Assembly: GCA_036251765.1 (NCBI GenBank)
Contig: JAZANL010000021.1
Coordinates: 1 to 51,295, forward strand
Direction of reading: 5' to 3'
DNA: 51,295 nucleotides
Source of the DNA: Thermoplasmatota archaeon
Lineage (GTDB): Archaea; Thermoplasmatota; Poseidoniia; Poseidoniales; Thalassarchaeaceae
Positions 38,765-49,000 of the stretch are shown in pieces (positions within the stretch are counted from its first letter, which is position 1; each line of letters opens with the position of its first letter). Position numbers and translations under genes: made by a program. The notes under the pieces are model-generated. The model saw only the letters and a program-made list of their open reading frames with translations. It was not told where the DNA came from and made no database searches.

Positions 38765-40474
38765 CTAACCATGAAGCCATACTAACTCTGCCACTTCGCC
38801 ATTAATTCTCTCGAGCTTTGCGAAACCGATTCTCTCGAACTGGTAGACTTCTCCTATATTCAGTTCAAAATCTTCAATGAAACCCACCAATTCCCTAATT
38901 TCTTCACCCTCTGGGACGAACATCTTAGCCTCTCTAGAGACTTCCTTAGGAAGCCAGTGGATGATTGGCCTCCCATCGCTCCTACCTTCGCCCTCGATAT
39001 CTGCATCAAAACCTGTAATTTGTATATCCGCATAGTCTTTCAGGCGCAACTTTCCTTGTGTGTAATCGCTCTCTTGGATGAAAATCTTACTCCCAACAAC
39101 CCATTCTCTATTTCCACCTATTGCCCCATCTGGGTGTCTAGGAATCTTAGCATCCGATGCGATGTCTTCACCTTTAATCTCAATTTCAATTGGTTCACTA
39201 ACGAAAAACCTCCTCTCACAATATGCATCAATATTCTTTGAGTTGAGTGTCTCAAGTGTTTGCATTGAAACTGATATATCCTTCTGAGTAAGCCCGATCT
39301 CACCCCAAAGAGAAATTAGTGATTTTGCCTCAAAACCCCTTCTTCGTAGAGCTCTCAGAGTAGGCAGGCGAGGATCATCCCATCCGGCATACTCCCCAGT
39401 CGAGATTGACGATGCCATCCCAGATGTGGAGAATCCGCCAAACTCGTGAAGCTTGACCCTGCCCCAGTAAAGAGTCTCAGGATAATCCCAACCGAAGTGT
39501 TCGTACAACAACGTCTGTTTCCTGGTACTGTCCATGAGGTCCTTTCCCCTGATTATGTGTGTAACTCGTTGCTCATGATCTTCAATGGCACTCTGGAAAT
39601 CCAACAGGGGCCAAACCTTGTATTCGTCTCCGACTAGTGGGTGGGGGGAGTGCTGGATCCTAAGTGCAGGCCAGTCCCTAAGTGCGGGATTAGGCATGTC
39701 CATGCTAGTCTTTACACGTACAACCGCGCCGCCTTCCAATATTTCTCCAGATCTCATCTGGCCCCACTCTTCTAGATTAGTAGAAACACTCCTAGATCTG
39801 CACGGGCAGCTTCTTTTCTCCTCTCGAAATATTCGAAACTCTTCCGCCTCACACCTACAAACATATCCATGGCCATCAGAAATCATTCTCTCTGCATGCT
39901 CGAGATAAATGGGCATTCTCTCACTCGCTCTAATTACTACATCGGCTGCTCTTCCCGCCAACCACTCGAAGTCTTCCTCCACCCATCCGTATGCTTCGAT
40001 CATCGGAGGCTTCACTCTGGTATCTGTGTCATCAAACCTGAGTACAATTCTTCCATCGTATTTATCCGCATAACTGGAATTGATTACGATCCCTCTAGAA
40101 TGCCCAATTGACAGCGGCCCATTCGGATTGGGTGCAAATCTAAGTACGACCTCAGATGTATCTCCGGGTAGATCACGCAAACCTATCCTCTTCTTGTGCT
40201 TCTCTCTTTCCAAGGCTTCAGGATCGATATTTTCTAACTCTTCTCTAACTACTCCAAAGCCCTCATTATTTGCCAATGAGTTGGCTCGCTGAACTTCCTG
40301 CTCGATCAGGCCCATCAGCCTCTTCGCATGGGGTCGAAGATCGGATCTTTCTGCTAGCACCCTTCCTAGGACACTTCCCGCCTTCCCTTCTCCATCATAT
40401 TCTATTGCATTCTGCAAGGAATATTTCCTAACGGTTTGAATATCCTCGGGGTCAAAACCTTCTGCATCCCCCAT
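38765..40474 (-). CDS. gltX: Glutamate--tRNA ligase (archaeal type)
   Basis: RFAPNPNGPLSIGH, LRFDDTD, YVCRC, THIIRGKD, WDDPRLPT, QFERIGF. Confidence 0.95.
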   Translation of the reverse strand: MGDAEGFDPEDIQTVRKYSLQNAIEYDGEGKAGSVLGRVLAERSDLRPHAKRLMGLIEQEVQRANSLANNEGFGVVREELENIDPEALEREKHKKRIGLRDLPGDTSEVVLRFAPNPNGPLSIGHSRGIVINSSYADKYDGRIVLRFDDTDTRVKPPMIEAYGWVEEDFEWLAGRAADVVIRASERMPIYLEHAERMISDGHGYVCRCEAEEFRIFREEKRSCPCRSRSVSTNLEEWGQMRSGEILEGGAVVRVKTSMDMPNPALRDWPALRIQHSPHPLVGDEYKVWPLLDFQSAIEDHEQRVTHIIRGKDLMDSTRKQTLLYEHFGWDYPETLYWGRVKLHEFGGFSTSGMASSISTGEYAGWDDPRLPTLRALRRRGFEAKSLISLWGEIGLTQKDISVSMQTLETLNSKNIDAYCERRFFVSEPIEIEIKGEDIASDAKIPRHPDGAIGGNREWVVGSKIFIQESDYTQGKLRLKDYADIQITGFDADIEGEGRSDGRPIIHWLPKEVSREAKMFVPEGEEIRELVGFIEDFELNIGEVYQFERIGFAKLERINGEVAELVWLHG

Positions 40475-40518
40475 GTTTATCGAACAGACCAGCCAATGAT
40501 TGCATTTCACCGTTCTTG

Positions 40519-41256
40519 CTAATTCCATTCATCAAGAGCGGATTGGACTCCACTGGGAACTCCCGTGGCCCTTGACGGAATCGGCTTTCTATGGTGCTTC
40601 AACCATGCCCTCTCGACATTCTTCCATTTCCTTCTAAGGCAATCTTTGGGGGAGTTTTCTCTGCAAAGGCCATCAATTGCAGCCTTTGTCTTTGGATCAG
40701 ATGGATATCCGGAGCCCAGATCAATGCCCAATTCTTCAGATAGGTCCTCTATTGCTTGATCCCTGTTCACCTTGGCAATAATGCTCGCAGCACCAGTAAC
40801 TACATCTTCAGAATCCATCCCATGCCTGGAATAGATTTTCCATCCACCTCCTCCACGACCCAAGTTAGAGGCGACATTCCTGCCAAAACGGCCTGCATCT
40901 ACATCACAAGCATCTAGGAAGAGGCTGAATTCTGCTGAACTATCTGTGACTCTCAAAATTGCATCGGCAAAGGCCCTGACTTCCAATGAATTCAGAGTAC
41001 CCGATTCCATCCATAAATCAATGCTCTTCGCATCGCAATGTATCAGCCCTATTCCCCAATCCCTAGATTCTGCAATGTCCATAATTTCAGAATGAATGTT
41101 TTCCCTCTTGATTTTGGATAGCTTCTTCGAATCATCCACTCCCAATTCTGTTAGAATCGACCTATCCTCAATCGGTATAGAAAGTGCACATACTACCAAG
41201 GGCCCAATGGCAGGCCCCCTTCCTGCCTCGTCTACGCCCACGTGAACAACGCCCAT
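40519..41256 (-). CDS. rnhB: Ribonuclease HII
   Basis: GVDEAGRGP, DDSKKL, LDACD, AASIIAKV, GSGYPSDP. Confidence 0.95.
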   Translation of the reverse strand: MGVVHVGVDEAGRGPAIGPLVVCALSIPIEDRSILTELGVDDSKKLSKIKRENIHSEIMDIAESRDWGIGLIHCDAKSIDLWMESGTLNSLEVRAFADAILRVTDSSAEFSLFLDACDVDAGRFGRNVASNLGRGGGGWKIYSRHGMDSEDVVTGAASIIAKVNRDQAIEDLSEELGIDLGSGYPSDPKTKAAIDGLCRENSPKDCLRRKWKNVERAWLKHHRKPIPSRATGVPSGVQSALDEWN

Positions 41257-41348
41257 ATCACTGCCAGCGATGATAATGTCCATGAAAACTACTGTTAATT
41301 CGCACGAAATGGGGAAAGTATCATTCGTACACCCGTCGCTCACAGGAC

Positions 41349-41543
41349 ATGGGACCGATATGGCCCTTCAAGAAGAAGAAACCGGCAAAACCGGCTATTT
41401 CACGAACAAATTACATGAAGAATGTGGTAGAGTACGAGAAGAAATCCGGAAAGAAAGAAAGTAAGCATGAAGATAAAAGTCACCTCGAGAGCAAGAAGTT
41501 CTTGGACGCAAAGAAGCTTTTGTCAAAGGATAAGGATGACTAG
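41349..41543 (+). CDS. Small Lys-rich protein of unknown function
   Basis: 64-aa ORF filling the gap between rnhB and pheT; its stop interlocks with the pheT stop (CTAG, 41540-41543). Confidence 0.55.
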   Translation: MGPIWPFKKKKPAKPAISRTNYMKNVVEYEKKSGKKESKHEDKSHLESKKFLDAKKLLSKDKDD

Positions 41544-43294
41544 GAGACGGGATCAGGAATCAGGGAACTAACTACTTCCAGATCGATTTCACCCGCTTGA
41601 ATTGGAGACTTAATTCCGAATTCACCACTCACCTCGGGGGAAATTTCTCCAAACTCCCCGATGCTCTCCCCCTTGACCATAATTTGACTCCCTCTTCCGG
41701 TAATCCATGGTCCGTGTCCGGGCGGGGTGGATACGAATTCTACATCACCAGGATCTGCACCTAGGTCCCTAAGTAGGGCCTGCACTATCCCCTTCGAGGC
41801 AGTGAAACCACTACCAACCTCTGCACACGTCCAAGCGCCTCTACGGCAATTACTGAAACCCTTCACAACGGTGCCCAATTCATACACCCTCTGAGGCAAT
41901 TCGTGATGCCTATTTGCAGCAAGCAATCTCAGCAGTGAAGGGAGGATGTATTGCCTCAATACAGTGTGGTCAGATGTTATCGGATTGGAAATTAAAGCCA
42001 TGCCTTGCTCTTGTGGCCACCTAACGATTTCGAATTGATCCCTCTCATTTGAAAGAGTCAGGCCCTGAACCTCCTGAAGTCCGCATGCCCTCATACTTTC
42101 GCCAAACCGCCTATCTAGATTAGAAGACGCCAGAGGAATCGCATCTAGATGCGTTTTTGACAGTATTTCTGGTAGATTTTCAAAACCATGCCCTATTGCA
42201 ATGTCCTCCACAATATCAACGGGGTGCATTATGTCACTTCTCCAACGAGGCATCGAAACAATATGCTCAATCTCCCCCACAACACAGTCAGCCCATCTTC
42301 CACGTTCATTGGGACCGTCAGTAACGGTTTGGCTCCCTTCCAATACGCCACCCATTCTTCCTATTGCACGAGATAACTCCTCTGGCCCCAACTCTAAACC
42401 CAGAATTTTACTAATCAGACTTTCTGGAACCCTGTGCTTCCTGGCTCCCCCATTGGGCACTCTAAATGCCTCGTCATTCGAATCAGTCAATTCGATACTC
42501 TCAACCATGCCTCCTCTTTCCGACATTGATAGGCAAACAAGTAGCAGACAAGATTCGCAGGCCCTAACATCCCAACCAGTTACATCGATGAAGAAATCAC
42601 TAGTCCCCTCGTGAACGGTTGTGTGAGCCCCATTGATAATTGGTGGAAATGAAAGAACCTTGTCTTCCGAATCCAAAATCACGGGAAAACGACTCATTCC
42701 ATCCATTAGGTGGGCATACTCGGCTCCTTTCGGATGCTCTTCCAGTATCTGCTCTATTGACATCTCCTCTGAACAGGCGAGAGGAATGAATGAGAAATTA
42801 GACGGTACCGTTGTCACTTTGAAAGGAGGCTTCAGGGAGTTCAGGTCGTGGACTCCTATGGATGCGAATTTCCTCTTCCTCCCCAATGTCATGTGTAGCT
42901 TTTCCTGGTGATCCATCAGAGATTGAATAAACTCCTCTTTTTCTTCTGGACTAGATCCGGTGTCAACCCCCCTAACCACCGCACCCAAAACTACAGGCCT
43001 GACGTCTTCTAATTCAGGTTCTACTGAGACTCTGACATCTCCTTGAGACACCGGTAAGATAACCTCTACTTCCTTGCTTGAAAGGAACGATCGAGAAGCC
43101 CTCGCAATATTCTCATGACTCAGTAGGTCAGGCCGATCCGGAAAGACTTCCACTTCTATTGACTCGTCGCTATTGCTATCTACCGGGCATCCCAATTCCG
43201 GCAACCACTCGGACCAATAATCGGCCCTATGCTCGATCCCGTGAATTTTCTGGATGTAACTGAGTATTGAGTGTTTGAAATCTAGAGTAGGAAT
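41540..43294 (-). CDS. pheT: Phenylalanine--tRNA ligase beta subunit (archaeal type), probable ATT start
   Basis: DRPDLLS, QEKLHMTLGRKRK, SFPPIING, RSDIMHPVDIVEDIAIGHG, NPITSD, LPQRVYE. The frame extends upstream of TTG 43204 to ATT-CCT-ACT (I/M-P-T) at 43294. Confidence 0.93.
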   Translation of the reverse strand: MPTLDFKHSILSYIQKIHGIEHRADYWSEWLPELGCPVDSNSDESIEVEVFPDRPDLLSHENIARASRSFLSSKEVEVILPVSQGDVRVSVEPELEDVRPVVLGAVVRGVDTGSSPEEKEEFIQSLMDHQEKLHMTLGRKRKFASIGVHDLNSLKPPFKVTTVPSNFSFIPLACSEEMSIEQILEEHPKGAEYAHLMDGMSRFPVILDSEDKVLSFPPIINGAHTTVHEGTSDFFIDVTGWDVRACESCLLLVCLSMSERGGMVESIELTDSNDEAFRVPNGGARKHRVPESLISKILGLELGPEELSRAIGRMGGVLEGSQTVTDGPNERGRWADCVVGEIEHIVSMPRWRSDIMHPVDIVEDIAIGHGFENLPEILSKTHLDAIPLASSNLDRRFGESMRACGLQEVQGLTLSNERDQFEIVRWPQEQGMALISNPITSDHTVLRQYILPSLLRLLAANRHHELPQRVYELGTVVKGFSNCRRGAWTCAEVGSGFTASKGIVQALLRDLGADPGDVEFVSTPPGHGPWITGRGSQIMVKGESIGEFGEISPEVSGEFGIKSPIQAGEIDLEVVSSLIPDPVS

Positions 43295-43298
43295 TTTC

Positions 43299-43305
43299 TC
43301 ACCTC
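43299..43305 (-). promoter_or_regulatory. Shine-Dalgarno GAGGTGA for pheT, overlapping the upstream TGA stop
   Basis: - strand reads GAGGTGA-GAAA-ATTCCTACT. Confidence 0.75.
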
Positions 43306-44840
43306 AGATCTAACCACATCTTCAGGGGGCGATCATATCCAACCAGCCTAAGGCCAGAAATTGCAGCGGTATCAAAATCATTGGCTCGCAGGTTCCTCCT
43401 CCCTATCCTCTCGATCCTATCCACCCCTATTTCCCTCATCCAACTGCGAATTCCCACGGATAATTCGCTAATCTTCGAAGCCAAGTCACTTTCGGGACAT
43501 GGTGAAACCAATGCAGTACATCCGGAAGCAACTGCTACAATCAGGTCCTTGGCATCGGGTTCGTGCAATACCTCAATCATCACAAATTTGCCAGTTTCCG
43601 CAATTCCCATTGCCTTGGCAGCTAAACCAATCTTAGGAAGTGAGGAGGCTAGACGGGAACCGCTTCTGGTTGCACAGTTAACTACGGCACCATCCAACTC
43701 TAAGTCCATTACTAGTCTGAAAAGACGCTCTATTCTGTCAATTCGCCCTCTAAGTAAAATTATCGAATTTTCAGACATCCTGCTGCGAAGTGAAATTAGC
43801 ATAGCTTCTATCTCTGCGTCATTCAGTCCCGGGAAATCACTGATATCGAAAACAATGCCAGAACAGTTTCCAGCACTATCAATTGCTTCGCAGAACTCAT
43901 TTTTTCCTACCAATAGAAAATCGCAACTCCTTGTTTTTGTTCTGACAATTGCCGGGGAATCTACGCCTTCCCAATTTTCAGATCCTATTGTTGTCTCACA
44001 ACTAATCATCCAGGGTATTTTCAATAGCGATCCCCCTGAATCTGATCCATCTTGAACTAGAAGTGTGTAGTGATCGAGAGGTGCATTATTGGATAACGAA
44101 TCCTCATTTGGGTATAGTGAAATATTCTCAAAACCCTCAGAGATGAAATCTTCCGATTTCTCAATTCTCGTTGAAGTGTCATCCCCTGGTTCTAGAACTA
44201 AAGCATCATCATTGAGGCTCAATCCCATTGGATCTAGCAATTTAGCGAATTCAGAAATCTCAGATTTCTTTATCGATCTCATATCCACACCATCGGGCGG
44301 AGGCGGACAACTGCCAGAGATGATTATCCTGCCTCCTGTCATACCTATGCCGGGCTCAGAACCAACCGAACCCATGACTACTATCGAACCCCCCGACATC
44401 CCTGATCCTAGGCGATCACCTGAATGCCCTCTAACTAGGAGGGTGCCTCCCGTCATGGATGAACCCGACTCATCCCCGGTCGATCCTTGGATAGATATCT
44501 CTCCACCAGCCATAGAGAATCCTGCCTTGTCCCCCACGTCTTTCTCTACTACTGTTTTTCCAGATAGCTGAAAGGCTCCGAGCATAGAACCAGCATCTCC
44601 CCTAATCGTCAAAGTTCCTCCTCTGTTTGCGGCTCCAACACAATCGCCAAATGACCCTAGGCAGAGTACTCTTGCCCCATCAGGCAAATGAGTCATTACT
44701 CCAAATTCTCCGTCCTTGGGTCTCTCATCACCGGCTCTCCCCCATCCAATCTTGACTGGACGATTCTGCTCTAATGCCTGCTCGACATACCTGTCTAGGT
44801 CATTGTTGAGTTTCAAACTCTTATTGACAATATCCCTCAA
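43299..44840 (-). CDS. Glutamate-synthase-like fusion: GXGXG beta-helix domain + degenerate FMN-binding domain
   Basis: Repeats GDxxGxxMxGGxI; C-terminal RRNLRA...AAISGLRLVGY resembling ends of GltB2/GlxD-type FMN subunits; TTG start. Confidence 0.75.
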   Translation of the reverse strand: MRDIVNKSLKLNNDLDRYVEQALEQNRPVKIGWGRAGDERPKDGEFGVMTHLPDGARVLCLGSFGDCVGAANRGGTLTIRGDAGSMLGAFQLSGKTVVEKDVGDKAGFSMAGGEISIQGSTGDESGSSMTGGTLLVRGHSGDRLGSGMSGGSIVVMGSVGSEPGIGMTGGRIIISGSCPPPPDGVDMRSIKKSEISEFAKLLDPMGLSLNDDALVLEPGDDTSTRIEKSEDFISEGFENISLYPNEDSLSNNAPLDHYTLLVQDGSDSGGSLLKIPWMISCETTIGSENWEGVDSPAIVRTKTRSCDFLLVGKNEFCEAIDSAGNCSGIVFDISDFPGLNDAEIEAMLISLRSRMSENSIILLRGRIDRIERLFRLVMDLELDGAVVNCATRSGSRLASSLPKIGLAAKAMGIAETGKFVMIEVLHEPDAKDLIVAVASGCTALVSPCPESDLASKISELSVGIRSWMREIGVDRIERIGRRNLRANDFDTAAISGLRLVGYDRPLKMWLDLR

Positions 44841-44970
44841 ACCGTTGCCCCCTGCATTACTCTAGTATCCAGAAAGAGGCGACTCATTATTGACTCTTGC
44901 CGAATTCGCTATGTTCATAGGCATCCTTCAGACGCCGGTTTACCAAAGGCAAAGACATGGGGATTTGAAA

Positions 44971-46011
44971 ATGGGAACCATTAAGGTGGCAATAAACGGT
45001 TTTGGGACCATAGGAAAGCGCGTTGCAGACGCCATAGATGCACAAGAAGACATGGAAGTCTCTGGCGTGACCAAAACCGGTCCAAGTTTTGGCTGTGAAC
45101 TAGCAATCAAGAAAGGATTCCCCCTCTATTGTACATTCGACGATAAGGATCGGATTGAACAGTTTTCGAAGAAGGGATACCCATGCTCGGGAGGACTTTC
45201 TGACCTGCTTGCTATTTCTGATGTAGTTGTAGATTGCGCACCAGGAAAATTAGGGGCTGAAAACCTCGAGAAATACCAGTCAGCTGGAATAAAGCACATT
45301 TTCCAAGGCGGAGAAAAGCACGAACTTACGGGGTTGTCCTATACTTCATCGGCCAACCACTCTGAGAATATGAATGCGATTGGGACAAGGGTGGTTTCCT
45401 GCAACACAACAGGACTTTCCAGAACCCTAGTCCCACTCTACGAGCACTGTGGCTCATTGAAGGTCGAATGTACGATGATTAGGAGGGCAGCAGATCCGGG
45501 AGACTCAGGAAAGGGGCCAATAAACGCAATCAAACCTGTTCTGAAAGTTCCAAGCCACCATGGTCCAGATGTGATGACAGTAAAACCCGAGATTGACATC
45601 AACAGCCTCGCCGTAGCAGTCCCAACAACGATAATGCACGTCCATAGCATAATCGCCGATCTACCAGAGGGGCACGGGCTAACTACTGATTCGATAATTG
45701 AAATGTGGACGGCTACTCCTCGAGTAATTATCATGAATGGAACTGAGGATAGGATTCCAACTACTGCAGAGGTAATGGAGATGGCTAGGGACATAGGTAG
45801 GAAGTGGGGCGACCTACACGAGATCTTCGTTTGGGAAGACGGTGTAAAACTAGTCGGAGACCGGCTTTACTATTTCCAAGCAATCCACCAGGAGAGCGAC
45901 GTGATCCCCGAGAATGTTGATTGCATCAGGGCACTGATGGGGGTGGAGGGCGACTGGCGCAAGTCAGTAGCCAAGACAGACGAGTCAATCAGCAGGTACT
46001 ATTCCACTTAG
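44971..46011 (+). CDS. gap: Glyceraldehyde-3-phosphate dehydrogenase, archaeal type II
   Basis: VAINGFGTIGKRVADA, FQGGEKH, VVSCNTTGL, RRAADP, SHHGPDV, QAIHQES. Confidence 0.95.
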   Translation: MGTIKVAINGFGTIGKRVADAIDAQEDMEVSGVTKTGPSFGCELAIKKGFPLYCTFDDKDRIEQFSKKGYPCSGGLSDLLAISDVVVDCAPGKLGAENLEKYQSAGIKHIFQGGEKHELTGLSYTSSANHSENMNAIGTRVVSCNTTGLSRTLVPLYEHCGSLKVECTMIRRAADPGDSGKGPINAIKPVLKVPSHHGPDVMTVKPEIDINSLAVAVPTTIMHVHSIIADLPEGHGLTTDSIIEMWTATPRVIIMNGTEDRIPTTAEVMEMARDIGRKWGDLHEIFVWEDGVKLVGDRLYYFQAIHQESDVIPENVDCIRALMGVEGDWRKSVAKTDESISRYYST

Positions 46012-46071
46012 TGTGAAAAGCCAATCGCATAGTGTCAATAGTCAAAAGAGACTCTAGTCTCGGAATGACGA

Positions 46072-49000
46072 ATGACTACCACAAAAGCAGTCTGTTCTGT
46101 CATTGCACTCTTTTTCTTCTCCACTTTCGCCAATTCGTTTTCTTTGGAACAAGAAATCGAAGAAGACTCACTTCACTACGCCTCAGATTTGCCCGTCGAT
46201 GAAAAATGGCTTATGTTTCAGAATCCAATTCCTAGTCATTACCCAATCTCGGAATCATCTGGAAAGATCCATTCTCCATTCGGCATATCAGACCCCTTGG
46301 TAGAGGGTCTGCCATTGGGCCCGTGGCAGACTATTGGGATTAACAGGCCGTATGATGACAGATTACATGTTGTTCAGTCGACTACTCCGGATTTGTCCGA
46401 ACTTCAGAATGAGCTTTTATCCATTGGAATTGAAATTATTGACCATGTTCCCGATGATTCAGTAGTCATCAGCCTCTCAGAAGACGATTCGGGTGCTGAA
46501 ATTTCTCGAGTACAGAATCTATCCAAAGTTCGCTGGGCTGGTCCTATGCCATCAGCGTGGAAGGTCTCTAACTCATTACTAGAATTTATGCAGTTTGAAG
46601 ACTTGCTATTAGACCTTGATGTGACGCCATCACCAACAAATTCACTAGAGGATCACATCGATCTAAACCGAATGATAAACTCTCTCACAGGTACGATGCA
46701 CGAATCTTCTCATTGCGATTCACATCTATGCCAGATAAAATCTGCAAAACCTTCCTTGATTATTTCCTTAGCTTCCGACCACAGAGTCAGCAGGGTAGAA
46801 TCAGGACCGTCCCTTTCCATTCAGAACTCAAATGCCAGCATTATTTCAGGAGCCGATTTCGCTAGATCAATTTCAGGGTTGAACCTAAGTGGTTCAGGAG
46901 AAGTTATCGGTATATCTGACACTGGCCTCGATTCGGATCATGGTGACTTCGAAGGTAGACTTAGGAGTCCCGTATTCAACTTGTTCGGGCCGGATAATTC
47001 TGGGGCCGATTCAAACAGCGGCCACGGTACTCACGTAACATCGACTCTACTGGGAGATGGTTCCGGAGACCCCAATTCCACTGGAATTGTACCCCAAGCG
47101 ACTTTCCACTTTTACCAATTAGAGGTTGACAGCTCCGGAATATTGGCAAGATGGGGCTCACTGTACGAAATGTTCGAGCACTCGCTGATCAACGATGCAT
47201 ACATTCACACAAATAGCTGGGGTAGTGAAAGCCTAGTTGGCGACTATACCTCGGACTCCCGCTCAGTTGACTGGTTTTCAAATGACTACCCTGAGTTCCT
47301 AGTAATTTTCTCTGCCGGCGATATGGGAGTTTCAGGAGTCACATCACCAAGCACTGCAAAAAACGCTCTTTCCGTGGGCGCTTCAACAACAGGAGCGTTT
47401 GGCTCCGAGCAGATTGGTCAGATATACAACGACTCATCCTCAGGTCCTACTTCGGATGGTCGAATTAAGCCAGATTTGGTTGCCCCAGGGGTAATGATTT
47501 GCTCTGCTCGTGCACAAGAAGCAGACTTTGCCACCGGAGGAAACTGTTCTAATTCGCTGCATCCGGATGGTTCGACCCCGCTTTACATGACAATGAGCGG
47601 TAGTTCGATGGCTACACCAGTGGTGGCAGGGGCTTCTGCCATGGCCAGAGAATTCCTCAGGGAGGAAGTCGGGATAGGTGCTCCAAGGTCCGATCTTATC
47701 AGGGCATTATTGGTCAATGGGGCAGATGATATCGGTGTGCCTGACGTGCCAAACCCCAGTGAAGGATGGGGGCAACTCAATATCTCAAATAGCCTCTTCC
47801 CGAGAAGTAACGGTGTAAATCAGTCGGTATTCTACGATCAAGAAAGACAACTCATGCCCGGTCACAGTTTCATCTATACTTTCGAGGTCTCTGGCGGTAG
47901 CGGCATAGATGTTACCCTTGCATGGAATGATTTGGAGGGATCTGCTTCCGCGGATCAGAACGCAAGCCGTCTTGTAAACAACCTAGATCTGGTTGTAACA
48001 TCTCCAACTGGGGAGGTTTACAATGGAAACAACTTTGCAAACGGAATTAGCCAAGCAGCAGGGGCAAATGACCAACTGAATAACCTCGAGAGGGTTCGCC
48101 TCCCATCTGCCCAATCTGGAACATGGTCCATTCAGGTCGGACATGCTGGAGGGTTCGTTCAAGACTTCTCGTTGGTCTTATCCGCGGACGCAGAAGAACG
48201 TCAAGAGGCAGACCTAACTGTTGTTCCGAACTCTATATTCACTTCAGAAACCAGTCCTTTGAAGGGCGACACAATATCCGTGCAACTTTCATGGATCAAT
48301 CAAGCAGCTTCGCCTACAGGAACGTACTCAATTTCCCTACAGGATACCACGGATGGTACAGATATTGGAACGTATTCGATGCCTTCACTGGTGGGAGGCG
48401 GGATTGAGACATTTTCGATATACCATTCTTTCTCAACCACCGGCTCACACATTGTGCGACTGACTCTTGATTACTTTTCTGAGGTTGACGAACTAAATGA
48501 CGAAAACTCTGGAACAAATAACAACGTGTACGAACTGGAACTGGACGTTACAGAGATAGGGGTCCGAATAACCCCACTACTGGCTGATGGGTCTCATCCC
48601 TCAGACTTCCAGGAATTAGAATCCGCCAAGTCTCAGAATATCGACCCGAGCTTAGTAAGTTGGGCCGTATTCCAACTAGAACTATTGAATGAGGGAACCT
48701 CGGAGATCACAGTAGAACTCTCGACGTCCGCCGTACAAGTCATCGACGAATCTGGAATAATGAACACTCCCCAGGACGAGTGGTCCCGCTCCCTAAGTGA
48801 GACAGGGCCATGGGTGCTTTCCCCATTCGGAGAGGAGGGGGACAGAGTGGTAATTTCACTGAATCTTACAGATGAAGATGCAGATTTGGAAAGCAGATTC
48901 GCACTTCCAGGTCTTTTCGTTACCGATGTCACCCTTAGGGATAAGATGTCACCAACTATATTCCATTCAATTCGACTTTCGGTTGACATTGATCGAGTAG

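Noticed and set aside
40095-40140. GluRS HIGH motif reads SIGH
   Set aside because: First-position variation of HIGH is tolerated in class I synthetases; the other motifs are intact.
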